37,862 bases of DNA. Source: Phoronis australis (Eukaryota > Animalia > Phoronida). Below are positions 23,591 through 36,300 of this stretch, one piece after another (within the stretch, counting starts at the first letter, position 1; each line of letters begins with the position of its first letter). The position numbers were made by a program, and so were the translations under genes. The notes under the pieces are model-generated. The model was given only the letters and a program-made list of their open reading frames with translations, was not told where the DNA came from and did not search any database. The DNA is taken from positions 359,799 to 397,660 of the forward strand of contig NMRA01000315.1 in assembly GCA_002633005.1 (NCBI GenBank). The letters are read 5' to 3'.

Positions 23591-23936
23591 TTAGTTCAGA
23601 AACATCAAAAGAATAAAAGAAAGACATTATATGACACTGTGATACTCGTTGCATTATTGTGTTACTTAAGAGACATAAGTCAATGATATGACAATCATTG
23701 CAGGACATAAGATACTACTTCACTTATTCCGCACACAAATAATTGCCAAAGTTACCATTTTCCTTTTTCAAAGACTGACATCTAAACAGTCAAAACCATG
23801 CAGGTGTTAGACTAGAAAAGTATTAATCTTATTTTATTTTTGTGGAAAAATCGACAAAATACATTAATATCATTTGTCAACAATATTGTAATGCTAAATA
23901 AGTGAAAAATTATTGTAACACATGCAGATTTATTTG

Positions 23937-24497
23937 GCACACAGAGGTTCAGCAACCCTCCAAGTATGATAGCATATGGAGCTCCAACACGCCTCCAAGT
24001 ACGATAGCATATGGAGGTCCAGCACCCTTTCAAGTAAAACAGCATACACAGGTCCAGCACCCCTCCAAGTATGATAGCACACGGAGGTCCAGCAACCCTC
24101 CAAGTATAGCATACAGTGGTGCAGCACCCCTCCAAGTACGATAGCACACGGAGGTCCAGCACCCCACCAAGTATGATAGCATACAGTGGTGCAGCACCCC
24201 TCCATGTATAATACAAACGGAGGTCCAGCACCCCTCCATAGTACGATATCACATGGAGGTCCAGCACCCCTCCAAGTACGATAGCATACACAGATCCAGC
24301 ACCCCTCCAAGTATGATAACACATGGAGGTCCAGCACCCCTCCAAGTATGATAGCACACGGAGGTCCAGCACCCCTCCAAGTATGATAGCACACGGAGGT
24401 TCAGCACCCCTCCAAGTATGATAGCACATGGAGGTCCAGCACCCCTCCAAGTATAATAGCACATGGAGGTGCAGCACCCCTCCAAGTATGATGGCAC
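23937..24497. repeat. 35-bp minisatellite, ~16 copies, intronic
   Basis: Unit ggaggtccagcacccctccaagtatgatagcaca(c/t). The 35-aa periodic ORFs in all three minus frames are a by-product. Confidence 0.95.
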
Positions 24498-24648
24498 TGG
24501 CATAGTTTTAACATGTCATAGAAAAGACATTGCGAGGCTCAAAGTACTGCCACTAGGAGTAATTGGCCATTTTCTGTAAACAGACAAAAACATGAACACA
24601 TCTGCAAAACGTCAGCAGAAAGACCACGCAACACAACAGGTAACTCAC

Positions 24649-24766
24649 CTTGACAATGTCTGGGTCAATTTCTCCATTGCAGCTGTCAAAATATTTCTTC
24701 AAGTCTTGATCACAGTATTCAAACACAAGAGTCAGCTTCTTATCGCTGTGCAGAACATCATGTAGC
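24649..24766 (-). CDS. CDK5: CDK5 exon (118 nt; hinge region)
   Basis: gctccag|(R)[39 protein letters not shown]|gtgagt. Confidence 0.98.
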
Positions 24767-24879
24767 CTGGAGCACAATTATATAGTGTTTAAATAAATAC
24801 ATCAAATCACTTAGAGTTTGAATTAAGTACAAGCTAAGGTATAAAATAGAACCTGATAGGTATCAAGGCAGCCACAAAG

Positions 24880-25100
24880 TAAACAAAAAATGCCACAAGG
24901 GGACGACACAGCGGTCAGATTTGTCCCAAAATCCACATCACTTGTAGCCTGCTCAATAAAAACACAAACCGAATTTCATGAAGATTCATTAAGGAACTTC
25001 ATTTTCAGATTGGTAAATATTGAGATAAAAATAAACTACCCTGTAGGGGGCACCATAGCAGCTGGACGAGTCCAGAAATCAGTGAAAGCCAACCTCTTTA
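24880..25100 (+). repeat. Fragment of the modular interspersed repeat family also at ~25900-26560, ~29150-30020 and ~37630-37800
   Basis: Shared modules: aaa..gccac.agggggcac/c followed by gg..gatttgtcc.aaa.tc, and ccaaatttcatgaa.at.c. Confidence 0.55.
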
Positions 25101-25899
25101 CAATAGTAGTGTTTGTTTTCATTGCCATTGGCGACAGCAAATTCAGAAAATGTTGATAAGATATTCCAGCCTGTAGCCAAATGGCAATAAAAGTTTCCAG
25201 TAGCAGCAGATTTTCTCAACGGTTCTGTTGTCTTCAAATTAGCCTTTCAAGAATGAATTTATAAAATTGCAGAGTAGTTGTACCGTGCCGTTCTGCCACG
25301 AGCTGATTCGCCTGTAGTGCACAGACGATCAATGACCATACAACTCCTTATTTGGACTGGAACTCAACTAATAATTGCCACATGGCAACTGTTAAGAGCA
25401 GCGTGCATTCAAAGTGTCAAATGTTGTAGAGGTTACAGTCCTACTGTTTGAATAGAACATTGCATGTTAAGTAAAAACTGTAAAGTCCTGAGTCAGAAGG
25501 AAGTGAATTAGTTGAACAGTTTGACAAAATATTGTTTGAAAGACTAAAATTCAAATGTGTTTTTGTATTTGGATGTTTATGTTTGAGACTCTGCGACTCA
25601 ATGACTTGTCAGACAGTGTAAGGTTTAAGAGTGACTGACGCCACTCACAGTAAGTTGCTGTTGTGTGAAACATGCTACAATGAAAGACAAGAATTGGAGG
25701 TAAGGTGACCAAATAATTCATTAATACACAACAAACAGAACCACTCAAAGAACACACAAGTCGTAAAAATTGTGACAAGTCTACACTGGAGAGGTATGTC
25801 ATTTTTGCAACACCAACTTGGAGATCACCATTTGGCTAAGTCAAGCAATGCGGACCTTTCCAGCTCTTAGTAGGAGCTTATAGGCTAATTTCCACCATC

Positions 25900-26560
25900 T
25901 TAGAGAGATCTGGTTGACAGATAGACAGACGTCAAATACCGAATCGAAAATAATAAAAAATGGCAACTAGTTGGCATACATAATATACCGTATGCCAAAT
26001 CCATCTGAAAATGGGAAAGTGTCATGGTTTCATAAAATTAATAGTAAATGTCAAAGCATAAAATTGTCACTAGGGGGCACAGCACCAGTTGGATTTGTCC
26101 AAAAGTCATTGTCAACTTCTGCCATAATCCTAGAAATTCAAAAAAAGACCCTGCAAAAAGATTAGGGGAGAAAGCCACACAACAAAACCGTCATAAGAGG
26201 AGGACACAGTAGTCAGAGGCATCCGACAATTAATATCAACCACGCTTTTCTCAATAGGAACCAATCTGTGACTTTTCAAGATTCTTTCTCACAATTCGCC
26301 AGACAGAGAGGCGGACGACAAAAAACAGTAAACATGGCCTGGCTCATTGTGTGGTACAATGTTGAAGCCATCTGAAAATGGGAATATGTCATCGCATCCT
26401 CAATAGATACCTACTTGCCAAATGTCATGAAAATCCAGCAAGAAATTCTGAAGACACAGGCTGAGGTAAATGTTCAAAAACTAAAGTTGCCAATGGGGGG
26501 TACATCAGTAGTTGGATTAGTTCGCAAATTCCCTTGTTCTGTCCCATGCACAACAGATGT
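25900..26560 (+). repeat. Modular interspersed repeat (Helentron/HINE-like non-autonomous family, tentative)
   Basis: gacagatagacagac microsatellite; aaaattgtcactagggggcacagca identical to the copy at ~29602-29626; ccatctgaaaatggga twice; tcaataggaac shared with ~29251. Confidence 0.55.
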
Positions 26561-27387
26561 ACACTGTATATAAAAGTAGTTTTGCTGGACGGGAATAACG
26601 GCATAATATGTGGGCGCATGTAAAGCAAATGTCTATAGGCGATCAATGCCATGTTCAGTGTACTTTAAAATGCTCTTAACATCATGTGTCTAGTTCTTGT
26701 CAACATGTTCTTGAAATTGCTTTATATGAAGTGATGTGACACGCGTGCTTAATTTGACTAAATTAGTCTTGCTTAAATGCAATAAATGAACCAGACCAAT
26801 AAGATATGTAGAATCCTTGCTAAGAAACTAACACAAAAAACACCTTTTGATTTAGGCCACTTACTGTAAATTAGATGCAAAATGTTCTCATATTGTTCTT
26901 TATTCAGATTACAAATAATGACTTCTAGGATTGACAAAAATCATACGTTGTTATTGATTCAGATGCAAGTACATTGCTTGCATGTTGAATAATTTGAGTT
27001 GGCAAGACAGTATGGCCTTCAGGGTATTGCCGTGTAATTTCATGTTAGTAACCAATTTCAATTCCAACAAAAGAACACAATGGTCTTGCTTTGGAAGGGC
27101 AAATATGCTTGTGATGAAACATGATAGCATTTCCTTACTACCTCAGGCTTTACCCTGAAAGTCACGAAATAGGCCGATTCTGTAAAAAATTGGTCTAAAC
27201 ACTGCCCCTTTTCAATTATGCCCTCCATTTTTATTGCAAAATTGTGATTGCCCAAACGCCCAATATAACAATTGTTACAGAAGTACCAGTCACACAATAT
27301 CCAGAGAGTCAATATGGAATGATACAATTAAAGCACATAACCTTCATAATGTCAACTTTTCACCAACCTGGAAGCAGAAGCACTTAC

Positions 27388-27455
27388 CGCACAACATTTT
27401 TATGTTTCAGTTCCTTCAACAAGCAAATCTCCCTCAGTGCAGAGCAAGGTACACC
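27388..27455 (-). CDS. CDK5: CDK5 exon (68 nt; alphaC helix)
   Basis: aattccag|GVPCSALREICLLKELKHKNVV(R)|gtaagt. Confidence 0.97.
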
Positions 27456-29330
27456 CTGGAATTATAATTATACAGTCTTCAGAGAAAATTTGAATGACTA
27501 AATGATTTATAGCAAAATTCCAGTTGCAAGTCACGGGGAAATATTCATATGCTTCAAAATAATGCAATGTTTTGAAACTTTTACCGTAAGCAAGATCAAG
27601 CAGCATATATTTAGAGATAATGAGATACCCAACTGTTTGACACCTCTGCCCACTATTCCCTGCTCACAGCTCTGCCCATTCTCAGTCTCAGAAAATACTG
27701 CGCAAAGACTCAGTAGCGACCAGAGGTTTAGTAATACCCAGAGAGATTTTTCATTGCAATAACCCTAGTACTAAGAAAAGAAAAAAGATGAAACATATAC
27801 TAGAAACTTTTTATTATTCAATTTAACAACAAATCAATTGTAATTATTTCAAAATTGTGGATGCCAGGGGCTGTCATCCTGTCAACCCCCTCCCTACTGC
27901 ACACTGCTGCACAGGTTACTGAGATACAATAACAATGTAGTATCTGCCACTTTCGCCATTGCAGATTACAGCGACAAATCGCAGCTAGAAAGCTGAAAGG
28001 TTTATATTTCAATATTCTATGCCATCTTGGTTTCGATCGCTGTGATTCATGAAACAGAGTCCTATCAGGGTAAGGAACTTGTGGTCAATTTAATCAGAGT
28101 AAATGGCTTAATTTTATTATTGACTTGTTTTTCACTAGCAAAAATGTTCCAATTTTTGTCGACATCAAATTTTGTAACTCACAGCTTGTGCATTTTAGTC
28201 AAGGAGTTGTAACACCTCTGGCTTGTATCCTGTGTTCACATGTAGAGAATGAATTGTAGGTTATCTGCTAAAAACTACTTTTGATGGAATCAATTTCGAA
28301 CACATGTCCATTTTGAACTCGCAGGTGGAGCCTCTGACCAATCGGGTAAATGAGACCTACCCTTGCCAGCAATGGCGACGTGTTGATAAATAGGGTCACC
28401 GTGTCAGCGAACACGTGCTTGGCAGCATCAACGAGTACCACACTAAAAGACAACTTACGGAATCCCTCAAGTGCTGTTATCTGCAGCATTAAAGTCATTG
28501 GATCTCTTTGTTGCATGCCTCTGTTGTATCATGACCAATGTGCAATTAGTGTGCAATTCCCTTCATTTATTTCTAACCTAGAAGTCTGGTTCACACAACA
28601 GCAGTTAACAAGCAATGGGAACCATAAGCAACTAGGGAAACAACACAACACAGTCTAGCGTGTAGCACTTTTTCATTTTGGTTAATCTTTGAAGATCCTG
28701 AATATTGATGAATTTTTAAACTAACAATCAGAATCTTAAGGTATAGACACAGATGTCCCTTTGCATGACAAGTGTTCATAAAACATGTAATGAAATATTG
28801 GAATAAAAATATCATATATCCCACCAACTCCCGATTTAGCCATCACATCTAATATCAAATGAGCAGCTTCCATCAGACGTGCTAAAGCCTAAGGGTCTTC
28901 AGGAACTGAACAAAATCAAGACAAAGCGTTGAAAAGCATCCATATGAGCACCGCAAATGGTAGGCTTCCAAGGGCCAATACAGTGCGCCACAACATTCCG
29001 AACTGTGCAAAACCCAATGTCAGTTGATTTGTGTTCTTGTTGGAATTTCAATACAGTCTAATTTCATAACAATCATTTGAGTGGCTTGGCAAAAAGACTA
29101 GGTGGCACAATAACACATTAAATTCACACCCGAAAATGGGCAGACATCCAAATAGCCTATACCAGCTGCAAATGCAAAACAAAAAAACCGCCACTAGATG
29201 CGGCCACAGTATCCGAACACGCCTGAAAATTAATGATAGCCATGGCTTCCTCAATAGGAACACATCTGCAAGTTTTTGTTCCTTTGAGTGGTTTGGCAAA
29301 TAAAAAGTTGGACACTGCAAACAGAATTAA

Positions 29331-30018
29331 TAACAAGAGCAACGCGGAGTAAATGCGCCCACGAATGCATTGCAAATGGTATGCTTTTAGGGTTATTTAT
29401 TTGTATCATAAAAATAGCCACTAGATGGTGCAAAAACATACAATCCATGCAAAAACAGGAACATGCCATATTTCATAAAAATCTGTCAAGGAACTTCAGA
29501 GAAACAAAGTAAATTAGGAAAACAGAATAAAATGAAATTGTAAAAGTGGGCAGTGTCTGTTGGATCTGCCTTCGAAGATACAGAGTTAAACATAAAAAAC
29601 TAAAATTGTCACTAGGGGGCACAGCAATAGTCAGGTCTGTCTGAAAGTCGCCGTCATCCATAGTCAACACCATATAAAATAATGCACTTCCTAAATTAAG
29701 TAAAGATCCTGTGAACGGTTTAGGAGATACAGCCATAGACGAGACAAAAACAAAACTGCCACTAGGAGGCGCCAAAGTACTTGAAATCGTTGGAAAATCA
29801 TCGCCAACCGTCCTCTTTATAGCAAGCACATATATGCCAATTTTCACAACCATCCTTCAAGCGGTTTAGTTGATAGAGGGGTGGACGCAAAAAAACTTGA
29901 AAACAGTAAAAATGGCCACTAGGTGGCGTAAACTACATCGAATCCATCCAAAAACGGGACAATCAGGAAAATACACCACAGGGAGGCGTAATAACTAAAA
30001 TTGCACTCTGCGGGCATA
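29331..30018 (+). mobile_element. Modular non-autonomous element starting AACAAGAGC (Helentron/HINE-like, tentative)
   Basis: The 5' ~100 bp (aacaagagcaacgc.gag..aaatgcgcccac.a.tgca...ggtat.cttt.tagggtt.tttatt.gta.cataaa) is repeated at ~37630-37725. Internal ~150-190-bp modules each carry a ccactagRNggc motif. No TIRs seen. Confidence 0.55.
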
Positions 30019-32959
30019 GCAGTATTCATAGTTATCTGCTTAATTTCAGCATCCTTGAGTTAGAGCGAGTGTATGAAAATCGTCAACCGACAACACTGTT
30101 GTGCGTTTAATGAATTCGGAAATCATAGTTCAAGGATGTTTAACCTTGATCCTACCACTTTAAATAGGAACTAATCAAAAGGGAATCATATGACTTGCCT
30201 TATGTAAGTTATAGATGTTTGAAAATACATTTTTTATTGTGTTAATTTGCTCTCCATGCTTCAACTAAAACTCAAACCTCCACTTTCACATTGAGCAAGC
30301 AGTGCCTGACTTGATAATGAATACAGTCTGCGATGATCTTTGCTAAATAAGAGTCAATGCAGGGTGTATCTGGACTTGGGTGCTCCAGAAGCACATAGCT
30401 TTGTTCAAATATAGGCATAGAAGAATTTCCCCCATCGGTCACCACCTATTTCCTGATCCCCCTGTCGGTCAGAACCAGTTTACCAATTCCCCCATTGAGC
30501 AGCACCAATTTCCCTCCCCCTACCACCACTTCACCCCTCTTCAGAGCGAATTTCCACCCCTCCCTTGTCTTTCTAGTACATTTCCATTGGACTTAACACT
30601 CGAACTAACAAACTGCTTTATTAGTAGTTCGAGTTTTACAGAAAATTTTCTTAACTTTTGACAAAATCTGGTGGAGACAATTTCTCCCCGCCTAATGCGC
30701 CCACAGGTGCTGAACCAAAATACACAATGTAATATCTGACTTGCTAATGAACAGTTTGTGACAGTTATAGATACTTTCCCCAATGGATGTGAAAGCAGAA
30801 CCAAAATGCAGACCTTGGGGTAGGCCATTTATGTTAGCTTTTATTGTTGCATGGAAGGTTCTTAACTACACCCAAGGGGAACATAAATTAAATTAGGAAA
30901 ATGTGTATCCAAGGCATCCAGGGATGGCTAATTTCAGTGAAGGCAATATCAAAAATGCTGGCTTTACCCTTAAGAGATTATTATAGAATTACTGGCAATT
31001 TCTGAAGTGACCAGAAGGATGTTAAAAGGTTATGTAGGACCTGATGACTAGTCTGCAGATATATGTATAATACATAAAATATCTACAAAATTATAAACAG
31101 TAACTCAGTGAAAGTATAGAATTTCTGGTTAAAGTAGACAGCCTGTAGAATTTGATGTTTGACTTTACCAACCTCCTTGGGTCACATGACCCGGGCTTAG
31201 TAAAATCTAGCAAAGAAGTCAAAGCAAAAACAACACTGCATCGGTAACATATTAAACAAATTTTGCTGTCACAGTTTTCTAAATAACATTTCATGCTCGT
31301 GTTTTGCAATTTTTTAGTTTTTTTGATAAAAATCACGAAAGTCCTTTTTATATCATCTTGTGCAAAAATAGAATATTATAAAGACAATCCTAACAGCGTT
31401 TTGGAGAACAGCGTATCAATATATAATGACTCAAAGTTGGACAAATCTGAACATTTTTGGAGGTCCGACATAAGCTTAACAGCTGGTAAAAAGTGTCAGA
31501 ATACAATCACTTTTACGGCTTGACATAATGAGCTGCTGGTCGCTGAAATGCGGAAATGTGACCTAAGATTTATGCTAGCTCATGCCAAGTTACAAAATAT
31601 GTCCTGGATTTTCAACGAATGCGAGCTGAGTTTATACACTTCTTGGCAGATACCTGGCAAAGCAACTCATGTGAATCTAACCGTTATTTCAAAAGAACAC
31701 TAACGAGAACAGTCCTCCCCATGACTTGTAAGCATGTCACGTGAACATGGGATAATGCAGAAACGATCCGTGAAGCTTTTTATAGGCTAACATTTTCAGA
31801 TACTTCTGCAAATCTCCGGCATAACAGTTGATAAAACATCACAAAACAGACGTGTTTCTAATTCTTAAACAATCAACTAACCGATATTTGTGGTGGACAA
31901 ACATATTTAATTTTCACGAAAGATGTCCTTATTATCAAATATCCACGGCGACATCCATGATATCACACTACAGCACTGGTCGGTCCCATTGTTAGTGCGC
32001 AAGCCGTACCGACAGATGATTGTGACTTGTCTCATTTTTTATCACAAAAGACAGCAAAAGGGAAACTGACAACCATATCAATCACCAAAATGACGGCCAA
32101 CTCTTTAATTTCTGAATCAGCAAAGAAGTTGTAGAGTTGCCAAGAAATTCTCAAGACCTTTACTTGTTTCTGGGGTTACGTGTGCAAAACGAGTTGCCTG
32201 TTTCCTGTTGTTGCCAATGTAAAGTGGAGGCTTACTACAACGATTCAAGCGCATGAACTCACGTACGTGCACCACTCCAAAGCTGCACATCAAAAGAGAA
32301 CAGCGAAGTCCTAATAGATTCCCGGCTATAAAAGACGGGATGCTTTACGATATTCCCCAGGACCTATGTAGTCCAGAACTGATATTTTCCTGTTCCAATA
32401 TTTCAGATCGATGTTCCCTACACCCAATCTTCTATATGCTCGTAGCCAGCCACTGTAACTAAACGTCGAGTAGATCAATGCGAAATTGTGGTTGGCGAAT
32501 TTTTTATTCGTCTCTTCATACACCCCCCTGCCAATTTTCGCTCCCCAAACCACGCCGTATAATTTCCAAACTCCAGTATAAAGAACCTTGTTCTGGCTGA
32601 AGTGGGCAATTAATTTTAATTGCAAAAATACCCAGGTGGCTAAAAAGGGTATAGTGTAAGTGGTAAAGATAGCCAGAAAGTCATCCCTACTAGAGTTTGC
32701 CTTACAAAATCATATTATAATAACATTTCTTACTAATTGTGGCTTTCAATATCTTATTACCACAAACACTCAGGTTAATGGCAATGCTCACGCAAGTGCC
32801 TACTCCCTACCTTTGAAGTGTTTCATATTAAGCACTTACTGCTCTTAATAAGTGTTCCCCCCACTTTTGAGAATTTTTAATTATTAATAAGCGTCCACAG
32901 TTCAGGCTAACAACCATCATAGCGCACTACAAATGACTGCACATGGTTTCAAATTGACA

Positions 32960-33054
32960 CGCAGCCTTAAGCAACCTGGATTTAAAAAATGCGACCTGGG
33001 ATTTTAGCTAAGTCACAAAATGCAACCAGGAGATTTTTATAGCGTCGAGCCCCG
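32960..33054. mobile_element. Right end of a hAT-like MITE
   Basis: Ends tagcgtcgagccccg, the reverse complement (1 mismatch) of cagggctcgacgcta at 37838-37852; gcgacc/gcaacc subterminal motifs. Confidence 0.5.
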
Positions 33055-33279
33055 ACTTTCTAAGGTGATGGAAATCACACTGGATGGAGGGCTCAAGGGG
33101 AAGACAAAATAGGGAGCAGTGTGGAGGCAACCATGAGTTTTCATTCAAGATTTTGAAAAAGCTGATATAAATATGCAGATACAGTAGATTTCCAAAGTGG
33201 TACATATTTTTGGAACACTGTACTGTAGCATGTAAAACTGTTAAATGCTCAGCAGGGTAAAGGTGAATAAGTGACATAC

Positions 33280-33368
33280 CTCGTCTTCTTCATCAAGACG
33301 AACTCTCTTCAATGCAACTATCTCATGGGTTTCTTTATTCTTTGCCTTGAAAACAGTGCCATAGGTAC
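33280..33368 (-). CDS. CDK5: CDK5 exon (89 nt; Gly loop and catalytic Lys)
   Basis: gtgttgcag|(G)[29 protein letters not shown]|gtatgt. Confidence 0.97.
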
Positions 33369-36300
33369 CTGCAACACACATACAATCATTTTGTATTCAG
33401 ATGAAGGAATAATACAATTTAATTTTGCTTCCACTTCGGTCGGGAATGGTTATTTTTGCACCAAATCAAATCTTGCATATGTTCACTAGGGAGCTGACAA
33501 ATCAACATTCTCCAGTTACTTTGAACAAAAAAATAATGGCCGAAACTATGTCATACGTTTATTACAAGAAATAATACAACATTTGCACTGTTGAACTCTA
33601 GCACTTGTGCGAATGTGTGGATGGGCAAAGGCTTATGTTACTGATACTTTTCACAGTACCATGGTCTCTTTTTAATACATGAACCATTCGCTTGAAATGC
33701 TCTGCAACTGTGCATTGAAGCTAAGCAAATTTGATTAAACCAGCGTCTGGGTAGGACTAACACGCAATTTTATTGAAACATCGATCAGCTTAGATAGAAA
33801 AAAAAAACAGCCACAAAGACATTTATTGACGATGTGGGTTTGCAGCTTCCAGTAAAATGTACACACTGCAGCAACATCCATATGCATTGAATTATTAAGT
33901 TATGTAATAGATTTCTGTTTTCTGTTAAACATGTATGATAAGGGTTACCTCATATTTCATATTCAGACATGTTCTCAGGTGTTCAAACCAAAATGTTTAA
34001 ATATGAGGTCAAATGTGTTTTTTAAAGGAAGTGACATGTCCTAAATTGCTTAACACCATAATGATAAGACCCAGCCCGATGATCTTGTACAGTAAGACAT
34101 AAAATTTAACCCTTCTGGTGAGAAAACTATCACCAAAGCAGTAATGCACGACAAACAAAAAAATCAAAGGTCCATACTATCAATGCGAAAAATAATTGCG
34201 AATCAAAAAATAACAGCTGTTTTGTTCAATCATAAAATACAACTCTGTACATACGGTAAACATTACTCAGTTTGGGACACAGTATGGCAGACAGGTAAAA
34301 TTTTATTATGTCAAATCTATCAACAAAAATAACATTTCAGGACAATTTACTTTGGTTTGTAAGGCGTACCTATTACCAAACATTTGGTAATATTTTGAAC
34401 ATTTAAAACAATATGCTATGCATTTCAGAAATAGTAATATGTTGGGCAATGTTTTGAATTATTTTAAAACCAAAGTGAGGAATTTCTCCTGTATTCAGGA
34501 CTACTATACCACTTTGTTAGTAGTAAAAAGTATCAGCAGAATTGTTATGATCAAACTTGGAACTAGCATTGTATTGCATAATAATCATTGCAGAAAATCT
34601 CACAAAATTTAGGACATAATACCGTGGACAAGTAGCATTTTATGAGTTTTTTTCCATAAAAACTAAGTAGTAGCAAATAACGAGTGCTTCATCAGTTTTA
34701 AGGTTTGTACAAGACAGCTCAAAGTATCACTCGATCTTTTAAGAAATTGGAAGCACTCTCAAATGTTAAAAGCCTTTTCAAAAGGAAAATGGTCAATACT
34801 GCACGATATAAAAGAGATGAATTACCTGCAGCAATGTACTTCACTTGAACCAACCTATAGTTCCCTATCTCAAGCTCATCACCATCACTTTCCGTCAGGT
34901 GAGCAACTTGCAAACACGGTAGTTTTTGAACAACTTGACGAAAACACATGGCACTACCTCATTCCTTCAAACAAATCTACAACTATGTGATCTTCGCAAC
35001 AAGTTACCAAATCGGGAACTTCCAATCTCAAAGCACTTTCAGTTTCAGCACTGTGCTGCAAAGACAATCTTCTTCCAGTCACTACGTTCAGTAAAAGGGG
35101 TCAGACTTGCCGCACAAAAACAAGAATTACTAGGTTTCCAATCCAGGATGCTACCACGCTGATAAAAAATTCACACGCAGCACAGGAATTCTCATCTTGC
35201 TTACACTGCACACAATATAACTAACACTGCACACAATAGTTGTATCCTCCAAAGACTTTATCACAGATCGCACTAACTCAAAACAGCGATTACATTGAAC
35301 CTACGATAAATGTCTTTTCAGCCAAGACATTCTAATTTATTGATCAAGTATGCTCAACATTCAAACACTGTTTTTCCTGATGAGATGCATTAACAAGGTG
35401 AATGCTATTAGAAGCGCATTTTTTGCTCGTTAATGCAGACTTTGGTGTGGGTTATTACTTGAACTGGATTTTTGTACTCCTGAAGATAAAATCACACAGA
35501 ATTCTGTGATACAATCATTTTACCTAGTAAGGAAATAACAGAAGTGGTAGCTAACCCTCAAACATGCATTTAAGGGATTTCTGTGCTTTTTTTCTAACAG
35601 TTTGCACACTCTAATAGTCTGTACACCTCCCTTGAAACGTAAAGTTAGCAAAAAAACTATAAGTGTTCACTGAGTGGGGAAAAGGCTGGTTGTATGTAGT
35701 TTTTAATTGGACAATGAAAATTGTTTAGCTAAAAATTAGGAACTCATGCACCACTGTATTATTGGCAGGTGTTGCTATCAATAACGGCACTTATTACTTT
35801 TGATATTTTTGTTCAGTACACAATTCTGCCACCATAAGCAATTCATTTGCTTTGCTATTCATCCCCTAACAACCACATCCCGTCTGAAAAGTAACTTCAC
35901 GTCTATCCTACTCTGGCACCATGGATAACTAATGCCATGAAAAGGACTTAAAAATCCAGATCTCTAGGGCTAATCTAGTACTAAGTAATACGTAACATGG
36001 TATGTTTTCTTTTTTCTCTTCAATAAAAATTAGCCTTCTTGACCACAGTTTTGTACCTCGCCCAAGATCAGAAAATCATGGATCATTCTCGTCAGACTCT
36101 ATTTTTTGACCTGACTTTCTTGTACATCTGATCAGGAGCAATTCCTGTCAGTCATGTTTCCTTGACAACTTAAGGATGTCACCTCAGTGTAAAATTACAT
36201 GGTGAAAAATCATTTCGCCAAGTACAGCACATATCACAAATTTTTGTCTGACCGTTCAGAAATCGGTCAACGACCGGTCGTCTAGCCGACCAGCAGCCAA

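Noticed and set aside
23812-24503. 221-aa and 154-aa repetitive ORFs, or a CRISPR-like array
   Set aside because: Head-to-tail 35-bp units without unique spacers, inside a CDK5 intron of a eukaryote; the ORFs are a by-product of a stop-poor unit.
24553-24777. Stand-alone 74-aa kinase fragment or pseudogene
   Set aside because: It is one internal CDK5 exon plus intron read-through; the splice phases fit the neighbouring exons.
28268-28658. 82-aa and 102-aa ORFs in a CDK5 intron as a nested gene
   Set aside because: No domain similarity or convincing splice structure recognised.
31129-32108. Possible TTAA-flanked (Kolobok/piggyBac-like) non-autonomous element
   Set aside because: Ends match only over ttaaag/ctttaa; I could not verify a longer TIR by eye.
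34700-35300. Overlapping ORFs suggesting a decayed coding or retroelement fragment
   Set aside because: No recognisable motif in any frame; needs a BLASTX search.
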